DNA from: Rhizodiscina lignyota
Taxonomy: Eukaryota
Assembly (NCBI GenBank): GCA_010015805.1
Contig: ML978138.1
Location: 124,001-188,000 of the forward strand
Direction: 5' to 3'
Length of the DNA: 64,000 bases
Shown here piece after piece: positions 1 to 12,788 of this stretch. The position numbers were made by a program, and so were the translations under genes. The stretch's first letter is position 1. Every line of letters starts with the position of its first letter. The notes beneath the pieces were generated by a model. That model searched no databases and had not been told where the DNA came from. It saw only the letters and a program-made list of their open reading frames with translations.

Positions 1-610
1 CAAACATACTACTTACTACTATCAAACCCCAGATATGTATGGCGGAATATTTTCCCCACATGACGAGCATTAGCTATCCTACAATTGGGCATTCCTGGCC
101 TTATGGTGCGGATGAAGGAAGCCATCTGCACGCTGAATTTGCGGGGAGAGGTTGTCGTCGACTCGTGGTTGGAAAGATGACGTCGATCCATCCTGTTTCG
201 GCGTCGTCTCCGGGCCTTGACCGAAGGCCACCGTTGCAACCTTGATGAATGCACCGTGCAACACAGTTCTTTTGCTCTCTTGGCAGTAAGCACTTGGGCG
301 GAAGAACCTCCGCTCGGAAAGGCCGAGTACCTTCGAAGTGCTGTGTTCACTGTTGGACAGGATGAGATGAACCCTCGGTCACAGACAACCCGAACGGTTG
401 TCGGTACGGAAGTCGTGCCAATTGATACTGAATAGGAAAGACTTTCCATCTACTAGTTGCTTTCTTTATCAAACTTTACGAGGAGTTTCATTAAGAGTCA
501 TTCGCGTCGTTCCTTGGTTCAGTTGCGCTTGCTTCCTGCGCTCCACGACAACTTGTCGACTCTTATCAAATCTCTTACCCTTCTTACTGTCATTTCAGAT
601 CAAGCCATAG

Positions 611-2525
<1,915 letters not shown>

Positions 2526-3099
2526 GCTCTTGAAGGAGTTGGAATGGAGAAGAGAGAATGTTTTGAAACGTGTAAGAAATAGCTTATCCGTCTATGAGCC
2601 CTCAAACCTGTAAACAGTAAATTGTTCTTTATGCTAACAGAAGAAATAGCAGTCCGCCAGCAAACGTATTTCTGTAGGGTGACTAAGGTCCATTCTCCGC
2701 TTCACATTTCGATCAACGTCTTTCCCGAATCCTAAGAAAAACACTTGCTGTCAATTCATAGGATGCACGGTGTCACTATATGAAACTGTATGCAATACGA
2801 AAGTACTTGTGTTGAGCAAAGCATTTTTATTATTGACGCTCCAAAGGAGCGCAAATTGTAATGCTATCCTGTCCTGTTCAATGGTTAGCCCTGTCGCAAC
2901 CGTTAAACACCGCAGACCATGGAAGCCCAAAGACTGCCTCCAATCGAAATCTCAAACTCCATTTTCCGTCGATGTCCGAAGACTTATCCATCCTTTGAAC
3001 CGAAGTATGGAGATCTATGTACAATCAGAAAATGAGAAGACTACCTGACTATGGAGTATCTGATGATTGCTCATCTTCATTTCCCTCCACTACAGTGGA

Positions 3100-3726
3100 T
3101 CATCTTTTACGATTTGGACTCTGGAGCAAAAAGCGATCGAGACGGCTGCTCACTTCGTCTAATCCGCAAGAGAAAATATCCCTTGGCGGAGACGAGACAG
3201 ACAAAGTGGGTGAAGAAGGGGGAGTTCTAGTCACACCGTTCACAAGAGGAGACGACTCACGCATCATCTGAAAGAAGAACTCACGAGCTGGTGCTGCGGG
3301 CTGTTTGTCGGGCTTTGGAGCGGATGGTGGATATGGAAACACGTGGGACTTGCGCTCACGAGCCTCATATATGACCATCCCAAAGGAGCGACCAGGAGAC
3401 GTAGGCGGCCAATCGGCCGGGGATGGAAGAGGCGATGTAACTGGAGTCCTAGACGTAATGACGGTAGGAGACGGAAAGAGCACTAGTTTAATCGGGTTTG
3501 GGGCACTTGGGGAGCTGCGGCGGTCTCTGCCAACATGGCCTCCAGGAACTACAGCCACGTTCATACCGTAGTGGTAGTTACTTGTTGGTAGGCTCTCATT
3601 GGTCAACGCAGAGTTGGCAGTTATGGTCGGGCTGATGTCTCCGGCGGTCGGGTTCGATGAGCTCCTGTGCGGGTGAGCGGGCTTAAGGGGCCAAACGTGA
3701 GAGGCAATGTCTCTCAGAGTTGGCAT
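3100..3726 (-). CDS. Hypothetical Ser/Pro-rich, likely disordered protein (208 aa)
   Basis: Open frame from ATG at 3726 (preceded by AACACC) to TGA at 3100; no recognisable domain. Confidence 0.5.
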   Translation of the reverse strand: MPTLRDIASHVWPLKPAHPHRSSSNPTAGDISPTITANSALTNESLPTSNYHYGMNVAVVPGGHVGRDRRSSPSAPNPIKLVLFPSPTVITSRTPVTSPLPSPADWPPTSPGRSFGMVIYEARERKSHVFPYPPSAPKPDKQPAAPAREFFFQMMRESSPLVNGVTRTPPSSPTLSVSSPPRDIFSCGLDEVSSRLDRFLLQSPNRKR

Positions 3727-4885
3727 GGTGTTGAGGGGAAAGGGAACGCTGCCGAATAGATTTACACTGTGACTGTGGGTGAAATTTATACACCGTTCAA
3801 TGGTGAGGTCAGAAGGTGATCGAGGTCGGACAAAGAACTTTGTGACGCGGAACAAGGACAACAATGGCATTATGCATTGTACAACTTCAAAGACAGCTCC
3901 ATAAGTTGATGTCACAAGCAGTTTGGTAGAAGAGCATGGAAATTGGGTACAGGTCTGTTTGCAGATATAGCTATGTCGATTAAATGGAAGTGATTAAGCA
4001 TTAAGCCCACCAAAGCGACTCACGTTCGCAGTTGCGCCTGCGCCGCCTGCATCTGAGTGCTGACGCGGAACGGGTATTCCTTTGAGGGCCTGAGATCTTT
4101 TCGACCGATTTCTCTGTCGTTCTGGACTTCCGCGGTGGAGTATTTGTGGCTGGCGGTAAAAGAACCGACGCGAAACACAATCCTGCCTTATGCTATGTTT
4201 GCGTAGACGAGATATCGTATCAATCCGCTTTTAACCTGCACGAGATCTTGTTGAAGTTCTCTGCGTCATTTGGGAAGCGGGATGCAGCGAATAGCGTCTA
4301 CAGTAACAGGTAGGCGTATCGGCTAACGCCGCCTGCAGCTAGAAGTATCTGACGTGCTCGATGCACATATGCGCTGGTACTTCTCTATAAAGACTGAGAA
4401 GTTACGCGTAGAGCTCGTTCACGAGGAGCTTACGCGGGATTCGAGGTCCGATGTGGTGCACGACGTTGCGGAACAGCTCGGCAGCTGCCCTAGTATTAAA
4501 AGCCGCTCCGCTGGACGCTTCTGAAGCGCTTGCCGAAACGGTGCAAGAAGATAAATTCAGTCGTATATAGATTGCTTTGGTGGTCTTCTGTTTGAGTACA
4601 GTATCTATATATGAGTCATTGATGTTGGTGTTCACTAATAATCGCGCAGCTTTAGTTAGCTTTCACTCTGTACCCATATCCCATCTCAACTGGAAATAAA
4701 TTATAGTCGGGACACATAAAATGTGAGATGATTTTGTTTGTGAATAATATAGAGACTCACTATGATCCGAGATCCAAACTCCAACTGAGATGATTTCAAA
4801 TTCAATCAAGAGTATGCATTCTGCTTGCGTTTGATGCAATGAGGCTTCTCGTGGGCATCATTGTCGCCATTCTCATACCCTTATC

Positions 4886-6160
4886 TTAAGAATGATAACA
4901 TTCGGAACGGCTCTTGAGCATCTTGAAGATCTCCATCACCTCATCCAACTTATCCGGGAAATCCTGAGAAGATTCACCGGAGTTTATAGGACGGTACTGG
5001 AGCATCTTGAAGATCTCGTCAATTGCGTCCTCATCTGAGCCTTCGTCAATCATCTTGTTAATCGCATCTAACTTCTTTTCAGTCTGAGACTTATAGAAGC
5101 TAGACGAACGGCGAACTTCATATCTAGGGGTCTTGGACTCACTGAGAAGCTTGATCCGACTCTCGGCCTCCTTCGCTGACTTGGCTGAGTCCGCACCATG
5201 GAGAAGTCCTCGGACTGCCACAGGGTGGTGACGGACAGTAAAAATGTTGGCTGTTGGCTCTGGCTCAGCCGAGCGGAAGACGAAGGAGGGTAGCCTCGCT
5301 GTCAGACGCTCCTCAATTGGGGGGCGTCTGAATAGACGATCATCATCATCAGATGCTTTATTCAGCATGAACTCCGGGATGGAGCCAAGCGCGGGACTTG
5401 GAAAAGATGCGAGGATCGGGGTTGAAGGGATGGCAACGAGCTCAGGATCAACCGCCTTTGCCGGAGGCGGCGACTGAGGAAGGGGGATTGGAGGTGATGC
5501 CAAGCGGTTCACTGCTGATACTGAAGGTACCAACAACGCAGTGACGTGTGGGCCACGAAGCCTGGCCGGAGGAGGCGACTGGGGAAGAGGAATGAGAATC
5601 ATAGCCAGGCGGTCTACCGCTGACGCTGAAGGGACCACCAAAGGAGATGGTAACGACAGCGCAGCTGGGTCAGAACCACCAAGCCTAGCCGGAGGAGGTG
5701 AGTGGGGAAGAGAGAAACGAGGAGGAGACAATCGACCAGCAGCAGCCATTGAGAGAGGCGTGATGCTCAGTGTAGGCGCGTTTGCCAGAGTCGGAGATTC
5801 TGGCAGAGGGCCCACAGAGAATCGTCTCGCATCAGTGACGTCCATAGAAGAAGACTCAAGCCAGGCGTATGACGCCGGGTCGAGCATGTCCTCCAGGGAG
5901 TGCTTGCCGATCATGATCGGTTTCTCATTGATCTCGACGTCTTCATCGAGGATATGTGTGATATCCTCCATGTCGGTGAGATCAATCACACTGCCGCCAG
6001 TTGAACTGACGGAGCGGGGGTTGGATCGTGGGGAAGTCTTCATATTGGTGTTAGTGTGTGAGCCTTCCACAAACTCGCAGTCGCTGAAGTCCTCACCGAA
6101 GTTCTTCTCAACCATTCCCAAAGAATCAACTCTAGAAGTAGTCGAAGACGCCATGTTCAT
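4886..6160 (-). CDS. Hypothetical Pro/Ser-rich protein with internal tandem repeats
   Basis: Long uninterrupted ORF (first ATG 6160); three LP(H/Q)SPPPA-containing repeats; duplicated EIFKML motif near the C-terminus. Confidence 0.65.
   Translation of the reverse strand: MNMASSTTSRVDSLGMVEKNFGEDFSDCEFVEGSHTNTNMKTSPRSNPRSVSSTGGSVIDLTDMEDITHILDEDVEINEKPIMIGKHSLEDMLDPASYAWLESSSMDVTDARRFSVGPLPESPTLANAPTLSITPLSMAAAGRLSPPRFSLPHSPPPARLGGSDPAALSLPSPLVVPSASAVDRLAMILIPLPQSPPPARLRGPHVTALLVPSVSAVNRLASPPIPLPQSPPPAKAVDPELVAIPSTPILASFPSPALGSIPEFMLNKASDDDDRLFRRPPIEERLTARLPSFVFRSAEPEPTANIFTVRHHPVAVRGLLHGADSAKSAKEAESRIKLLSESKTPRYEVRRSSSFYKSQTEKKLDAINKMIDEGSDEDAIDEIFKMLQYRPINSGESSQDFPDKLDEVMEIFKMLKSRSECYHS
5460..5716 (-). 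repeat. Three degenerate coding repeats (spacing 105 and 123 nt)
   Basis: GCCGGAGG(C/A)GG(C/T)GA(C/G)TG(A/G)GGAAG at 5460, 5565 and 5688; spacings are multiples of 3. Confidence 0.8.
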
Positions 6161-7242
6161 GTACTCCGCTTTTTGGGGGGTAACGGAGGGGATTGAAGTT
6201 GGAATTTTGTTGGATGAAGAACTCGTGATTGACAAGATAGCAGAAATCAAAAGCTGAGTGGCAGGAGATTTCTGTTAGGTGGTGAGGAGGACTGAAAGAC
6301 CGGGAAGCCTGAGGAGCAGAATGAAGAAGGGAGATTGATGACTAGATATACCCCTTAAGATAGTGACGAGGAACTGGCTCAACCCAACTCCCAAGGTCCT
6401 CAAACAATGGCATTATAGTGTAATAGAAAAAAAAACATTGTCATTTGACAAAGAGGGGCCATTTCAAAGAAAGTGACTTGTGATCTGAGCAATGAGCGTC
6501 GATTTGACACAACGGGTGACGATGCAATGGAAAGAGATGTGAGCATGTATACAAATCAGAACATTGACATTGACAAGATGTTGAATGATTGACCCGCGCC
6601 AAATGGAATAGATATAGAGAAGTTATTGCAAAATTTGCAACATGTTGATGTTTGATCAAACAATGCAGACCTGAGATTGTTCAAGAGAGACAAAGAACGG
6701 AAAAGAGACATCGGACCAGCGACCTTGCTCTGTACAGGCAAAGGGTTGAGGAGCTCATGGTCCAGCAGAACGCGCATTTTGAAGCAATCTATGAGATCTC
6801 TGAGCCCATTACGAACGATATGTCTTTCAATGCGTCCGCTGCGGTTTGCTGGTCAAAGGCATCTGCGCCATTCTGGATGATGGGTCGTTTTCCGTGGGTT
6901 ACAACATGTCTCTCATTGTCAGATGGTTTCGGACAGTGATAATTTTATCAAACACAGACTAGTGAATTCACTACAAGCAATTAAGTTGAGTAGTGATTTG
7001 GTAAGAAGGGCATTTGAGAAATGTAGTGGAAGTTTGAGAGGTATGAAGGTGGAGGTTCTGCCTGTGCGGCCGCTCGCACGGCCGTGCGGGGAAACGGAGC
7101 TTTTGATTTCGAAGCTTCCACATCAATTTCGTTAACCGCAGCTATTCCGAGAGCTCAGTACTCTTGAGCATTTAAAGCCAATTGTTTGGCTCTCGTTTCC
7201 TAATCCTTTGTTAATAATGAACCGCTTGGTGACTTAGCAACG

Positions 7243-9212
7243 ATGAATCACATCCGGCGCGTCGCAGTTCCTCGACAAGCTCCCTCTTCCCCCATAAGAG
7301 CTTTTCCGATACCTGCTCAAGCGGAGGCGCGTGTCGCACAATCGAGCGCTTTTGTAGTAAGACGCTACGCGTCTAATGACTCCAAAGATGAGGAAAAGGG
7401 ATCCTTCAAGTCCCAGCTTTATGAGAGCTCTGCGGCACGCCTGCAGAGGGAGCGTGAGGAGCAGGCGCGGTTCGCGAATGTAAAGCGAAACAGATTCGAA
7501 GGCGACGAAGGGGAGACGAGAAGCAACCCACTGCTTGCAAACAGTGTGTGGGCAATTGGTGAGGCAATATATCTTCTAGTTTAATCGAACTCTGGCTTAT
7601 CCATTGTAGTACTTGCCATATCCTCGTATGCAGCCTATCGTTTTGGCTATTCTGCAGACCACCCTCCGAACCCCAATTCTACGATCCCTCTCGAGTCGAC
7701 CGTCGCGCCACAACTCGATGCATCCGAGACTACACTGCAAGCTGCTTGGGCGGATATGCGTGCGATTGTCGGCGATGAGAATGTCTCTACGAACATGGAC
7801 GATCGTGCAACTCATGCTCACTCGGAATGGTCTTCATATCTGGCAAACCAGTCGGAGATAGCGTTCATGGTTGTTCGCCCTGGGTCAACGGAAGATGTTT
7901 CAAATATCCTGAAAGTCTGCCATCGGAGGAAGATTCCTGTCACCGCGTACTCCGGCGGTACATCTCTCGAAGGACACTTTGCACCGACACGAGGTGGAAT
8001 AACGCTCGAATTCAGTCGCATGAATGAGATTGTCCGACTAGATCAGGAGGATATGGATGTGATCGTCCAACCGGGCCTAGGTTGGGAAGACTTGAATGAA
8101 ACCCTTGCCCAGCACAATCTATTCTTCCCTCCAGACCCAGGGCCAGGTGCGCAAATTGGTGGTATGGTTGGTACTGGCTGCAGTGGAACAAATGCGTACC
8201 GCTATGGCACGATGAGGGAATGGGTCTTGGCGCTTACAGTCGTACTTGCAGATGGGACGGTAATTAAGACACGCCAAAGGCCACGAAAGAGCAGTGCTGG
8301 ATATGACTTGACGAAGATCTTCATTGGTGCTGAGGGGACGCTGGGTATCGTCACGGAAGCGACTCTGAAAGTCACAAGCAGGCCCATGAACACGAGTGTC
8401 GCAGTCTGCACATTCCCGACCGTCAAGGACGCGGCAGACTGTGTGTTCAAGGTTGTCGGTGCTGGTGTCCCAATTGCGGCGGTTGAGCTGCTGGACGATG
8501 CGCAGATGAAGTGTATCAATGATATTGGCTCAACAACCCGAAAGTGGACCGAAGCACCGACTTTGCTCTTCAAGTTTGCAGGAACACCGACATCTGTGAA
8601 GGAGCATATCTCGATCGTTCAATCGCTCGCGAAACAAACAAAATCGAAGACCTTTGAGTTTGCAAAGAATGGAGAGCAATCAGATGAGCTTTGGTCGGCC
8701 AGAAAAGAGGCGCTGTGGAGTACCATGGCCAAGGCTAAACCTGGAGATAAAGTCTGGACTACTGATGTAGCCGTTCCGATCAGCAGGCTACCGGATTGCA
8801 TCGAGGAGACGCGAAAGGACCTCAAGGAAAGTGGTCTATTTGCTACGATTCTTGGGCACGTTGGAGATGGTAACTTTCATAGTAAGATATTCACCTGTAA
8901 ACTTGCCTCTGTGCTCGGTAATTTCTAACTCCTTGTGTAGCAATCCTCCTTTACAACGAAAACACGGAGCGAGATATTGCTGAAGATGTCGTTCACCGCA
9001 TGGTGAAGCGTGCAATCGAAATGGAAGGAACTGCTACTGGGGAGCATGGCGTGGGTCTAGTCAAACGCGACTACCTGCCTCACGAACTTGGCGAGACAAC
9101 TGTAGATGCGATGAGAAAGCTCAAGTTAGCTTTCGACCCGCTCTGCTTGTTGAACTGTGACAAGATTGTGCGAGTACAGAAACCAAAACCTGGAGAATTA
9201 CAGGAGTGGTGA
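7243..9212 (+). CDS. DLD1: Mitochondrial D-lactate dehydrogenase (cytochrome), FAD-linked oxidase, ~619 aa
   Basis: Exons 7243-7558, 7610-8881, 8941-9212 (all in frame). Arg-rich presequence; SGGTSLEGH, PPDPGPGAQIGGM, KSSAGYDL, GHVGDGNFH, GEHGVG motifs. Confidence 0.92.
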
Positions 9213-9516
9213 GTTGCTGTACCTTGCGCGGTGGGTAGGAAATGAGACGTTTATGCCACCAAATTCGTTCCAATATATGAAAACTTTCAACGAACGCCTT
9301 AACTTTTGCAATATTGTGATGAGTTATTTACCAATTCACTTCAGTTCACGCCGTTCCCGAGCGGTCCTTTGCTTCTAAGAATTTCAATTAGCTCACAAGC
9401 ATGTCACACTACTAGCAGAGTCATTTCAACCTCGTTTGAATAAGCGGGAAATTTTCATATTGTCACATCACTTCTAAACTCCAGATGCTTCCGAGCATTT
9501 ACACAAAAACCGCAGT

Positions 9517-10368
9517 TTAATCCAACGCGGCTCCAATGAGTGCTCCAGTGAGCAGACCACGACCCACAACTCCTCTCCTATAGGGCCTCAGACCAACACC
9601 AATCGGCCGAGCATACGCGTACCGTGGCCTGAGAAATGCCGGATCCGGACGCGCATATACCCCCGCATCATACGGACTATAGCCAACTGCATTCGGGGGG
9701 TAGAAATTGCCGCGCACCGTTGTTGGAGGCTCCATGTAGACGGCCCGTCCACCTTGGTCATGGCGCATGTACTGCGGCTCTCCAGTCTCGACCGCGCGAC
9801 TCATCGCCTGGCGAGACGCGACATGTTGTGCATATGCATCGCGCTCCTGCTCTGCCATCTCCATCTCGGTCGTGCTTGAATAGCCGCCGAAGTTTGCTTT
9901 GAGGTTGTTCTTGAACTTCTTGCCGAATTGTTTCACGCCGTTCGAGTTGTTTGACGCCGGTCTTTGTGGGAGGTCGGCGGGGACGGGGCCCATTCCACGG
10001 CTGTTGGAATACAGCTCCTCGTCGTCGCTGCTGTCGTCGTATGCGTGGTGGCTCTTCATGTCACGACTCATGTCATGACTCTTTTCTGGAGGAGCGGAGC
10101 CATGGCCGCTACGACGCTTTGGTGCCAGGCTGCTCATGTATTCTTCGTCATCGAATGGGTGGTGCCAGATGGATCGTGGAGGCTTGCAGGTCGTGTCGAC
10201 AAAAAACTGATGTTTGGTCTCTGGGTCGAAAGAGCGGACCCAGCCTGCTGGGAGAGGACGTTGCTCGTCTTCCATCGAACGACGAACATCTGGCGCAGGG
10301 ACGCCGAGGGTCGATCGCCCCGGACTGGTAGCATTGGTGTAGCTTGGTGGTGCGTCCATGTCCTTCAT
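9517..10368 (-). CDS. WW-domain protein (Wwm1-like architecture)
   Basis: LPAGWVRSFDPETKHQFFVDT..PRSIWHHP WW domain; N-terminal PPSY; C-terminal GLLTGALIGAAL Gly-zipper. Confidence 0.85.
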   Translation of the reverse strand: MKDMDAPPSYTNATSPGRSTLGVPAPDVRRSMEDEQRPLPAGWVRSFDPETKHQFFVDTTCKPPRSIWHHPFDDEEYMSSLAPKRRSGHGSAPPEKSHDMSRDMKSHHAYDDSSDDEELYSNSRGMGPVPADLPQRPASNNSNGVKQFGKKFKNNLKANFGGYSSTTEMEMAEQERDAYAQHVASRQAMSRAVETGEPQYMRHDQGGRAVYMEPPTTVRGNFYPPNAVGYSPYDAGVYARPDPAFLRPRYAYARPIGVGLRPYRRGVVGRGLLTGALIGAALD

Positions 10369-10921
10369 AGCTACTGCTTTTGAAGACTAGCTGATATCCT
10401 GTGAGGTAGAGGTGGTGCAGGTGAGGTATTAAAGGCGGAAGAGACTGATCGAACTGGCGTGTCGGTGCGAAGGGAAACATGGCAACGACGCTTCATTAAA
10501 TATTCCTGAATTGCACTCCTGAACATTTTGATCGACAACAGCTATGTTATTTACTCTCATCGCCCCGAACAGCTCTGCGTTTGTCATGCGGTCCCCTAAT
10601 CCTGAATGGTGATGGATTCCGAGCTACTATCCAAAAGCGGGCACATTGCGAGCAAGGGTCTGCAGTTCCGAGCTTGCTTCAGCCACAACACCTTCATCGT
10701 GAGAAGCATGTTGGAATTCTAAATCAGGCTGAGGATGGACGTTGGGTTCTGCGTGATCTCGGAGATTGGTTTCTGGATAGGAAACGCTGCCCTGCATGGC
10801 TGAAGCATTTCCATGTCGTCATTAATGCCGATGAGGCCGAGTTCGACATCCATACCTAGGGAAGTGGTATATCTCACATGTGATCAAGGGAGACAAGTAG
10901 ATATGAAAGCGAGCCAAGAAG

Positions 10922-11770
10922 TCATAGCTGGCCTTGTTTTCGAGCTCCCCCAAATGCTCCGTGGCGTCCTGCACCACCACTAAATTTCGCGGCCCCTTCA
11001 ATGCTTTCCGTCTCAACGATTTTGATTCCATTGTCGAATTCATTATGCATGGCGTCCGTGAAACTCGTAGCATTATAAGCAGCATAATAGCAGCTCGCCC
11101 GATCCGCATTCATACAGCCCTGCGGAAAGCCCACAAGCTGCCTCGCAATCTCCATCGCTTCATCAAACCCCTTTCCCTTCGGCACAACGCGGTTCGCCAG
11201 GCCCATCGCGAGCGCCTCTTGAGCTCCCACCGCTCGACCTGTGAGAATCATGTCGAGCGCTCTGCCTAGTCCAACAATCGCCTGCAGTCTCACAGTCCCA
11301 CCATCTATCAGCGGCACGCCCCATCTGCGGCAGAAGACGCCGAAAACGGCATCCTCTTCGACGACGCGCATGTCGGCGAACAGGCTGAGCTCGAGGCCGC
11401 CGGCGACGGCGTAACCAGATACTGCGCAGATGACGGGTTTCTGTATCTGGAGCCGGGAAGGGCCCATGGGCCCGATATTGCGACCATTGATGTCGACAGG
11501 CTCAGGATGCTGGATGCTCTGCTTTGACCCTTGTGTCTTTGCTAGCTCCTGGAGATCGAATCCAGCGCAGAACGTCCCATTATCGCCGTGGAAGACACAG
11601 ACTTTCTGGCTCTCATCACTTTCGAAACCGAGGAATGCGTCGTAGAGTTTCTGTGCAGTTGCTTTGTTTACGGCATTGCGTTTGTGCTGGCGGTTGAGGG
11701 TGATGATCGAGATTCCTTCTGTGGTTGGTTTGATGATGACCGAGTCTGGCTCTGAATCATTTGTATCCAT
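10922..11770 (-). CDS. Enoyl-CoA hydratase/isomerase (crotonase family)
   Basis: Intronless; ITLNR..KRNAV, FCAGFDL, KPVICAVSGYAVAGGLEL, GVPLIDGGTVRL. Start taken at first ATG (11770). Confidence 0.92.
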   Translation of the reverse strand: MDTNDSEPDSVIIKPTTEGISIITLNRQHKRNAVNKATAQKLYDAFLGFESDESQKVCVFHGDNGTFCAGFDLQELAKTQGSKQSIQHPEPVDINGRNIGPMGPSRLQIQKPVICAVSGYAVAGGLELSLFADMRVVEEDAVFGVFCRRWGVPLIDGGTVRLQAIVGLGRALDMILTGRAVGAQEALAMGLANRVVPKGKGFDEAMEIARQLVGFPQGCMNADRASCYYAAYNATSFTDAMHNEFDNGIKIVETESIEGAAKFSGGAGRHGAFGGARKQGQL

Positions 11771-11926
11771 TCTGGCTTCACAATCAACTGATTGACGATA
11801 CAAAAGGATGGGAATATGTAACAGGTATGTAGTGAATGTTTTGATTTAATTATGTAAATTTTTAAATTAGATAAAAGGGAAGGGTCGAGATGTCAGACGA
11901 ATCACAAGCATCGTCGTCAAGTTTTG

Positions 11927-11932
11927 CCGAGG
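11927..11932 (-). promoter_or_regulatory. CCTCGG element (FarA/FarB-type fatty-acid induction site), putative
   Basis: CCGAGG on + strand, ~157 nt upstream of the enoyl-CoA hydratase ATG; a 6-mer, so chance occurrence is possible. Confidence 0.4.
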
Positions 11933-12788
11933 CACAAGTAAGCACCAGTGAATAGCTACTCATCTTGAATTCTTGGACGACGCTTAGATTCGATCGGCGA
12001 TATTACTTTTAATACTTTCCGTGCTAGCTACCTTTGCTCTTTGGACTAATTGACGAGCATTTTCAACCTTGACACCACACCGGCATATTAGCTGATCTAA
12101 CTTGATTCCTCTCGATCAACAAATAGCTGCTATTCACCCCGTCTCCTTCCCTACATAAACACTACATTTTGCATCCAACCTCATCCTTCCGTGCTTAATC
12201 GTAATAGCAGGCAATTCTCTGATTAAACTACCACAGAGAAGTTCGAAGACAGCCTCGCAGCACGGTCATCCATCACTACCCTTTCCGTCCGCCTCGCGCA
12301 GTCGCGAGTCGCACGTCACATCCTTGGTGTATGTGCGGCTTCGAAGCACTCCTTGAGAGTTCCAAAATCAAAAGAGAAGTATGGAGAAGAAATGTCATAT
12401 CACAATAACGAACCCTTCGATGCACTCTGCAACATTAAACCACCTTAAACGGTCTCGAGCCTTTGATTGCAGATTCTCTGCTAGCCAGGAAGCGACCATG
12501 AGTATCACCTTAACTAAAAGGTCAAACTCGCAAGTGTTTCCCACACGCGCTCGGGCGCCACCGGGAAGGGGTTGGATGTGCTCGTGATTGTACAAGCGAA
12601 GCTCTCGAAAACTGCAGTCAGAATACAGATTCAGGAAGGACATGAGTTGCGTTGGCAGTGTGTTAAAAATGGACAAGGCGTCTCGTGATTGGGTTTCCTA
12701 TCCTCTGCTTGGCCATTTCAATGTTCGACATTCTTTCCATGGGCTGTCTTTGGCATCCATAATTCAAGCATCTCGGCTGCAATGATTC

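Noticed and set aside
1..449. Short ORFs / possible terminal exon at window start
   Set aside because: A CAG acceptor exists at 30-32, but I could not build a consistent spliced frame or recognise a domain.
5541..6257. 238-aa antisense ORF, and other long antisense ORFs such as 18293-19162 and 20181-20801
   Set aside because: Reverse-strand shadows of real genes; no independent motifs.
12233..12250. ACAGAGAAG resembling the U6 snRNA box, followed by B-box-like GTTCGAA
   Set aside because: Flanks lack U6 CGAT upstream and ATTAGCATGG downstream; no tRNA cloverleaf.
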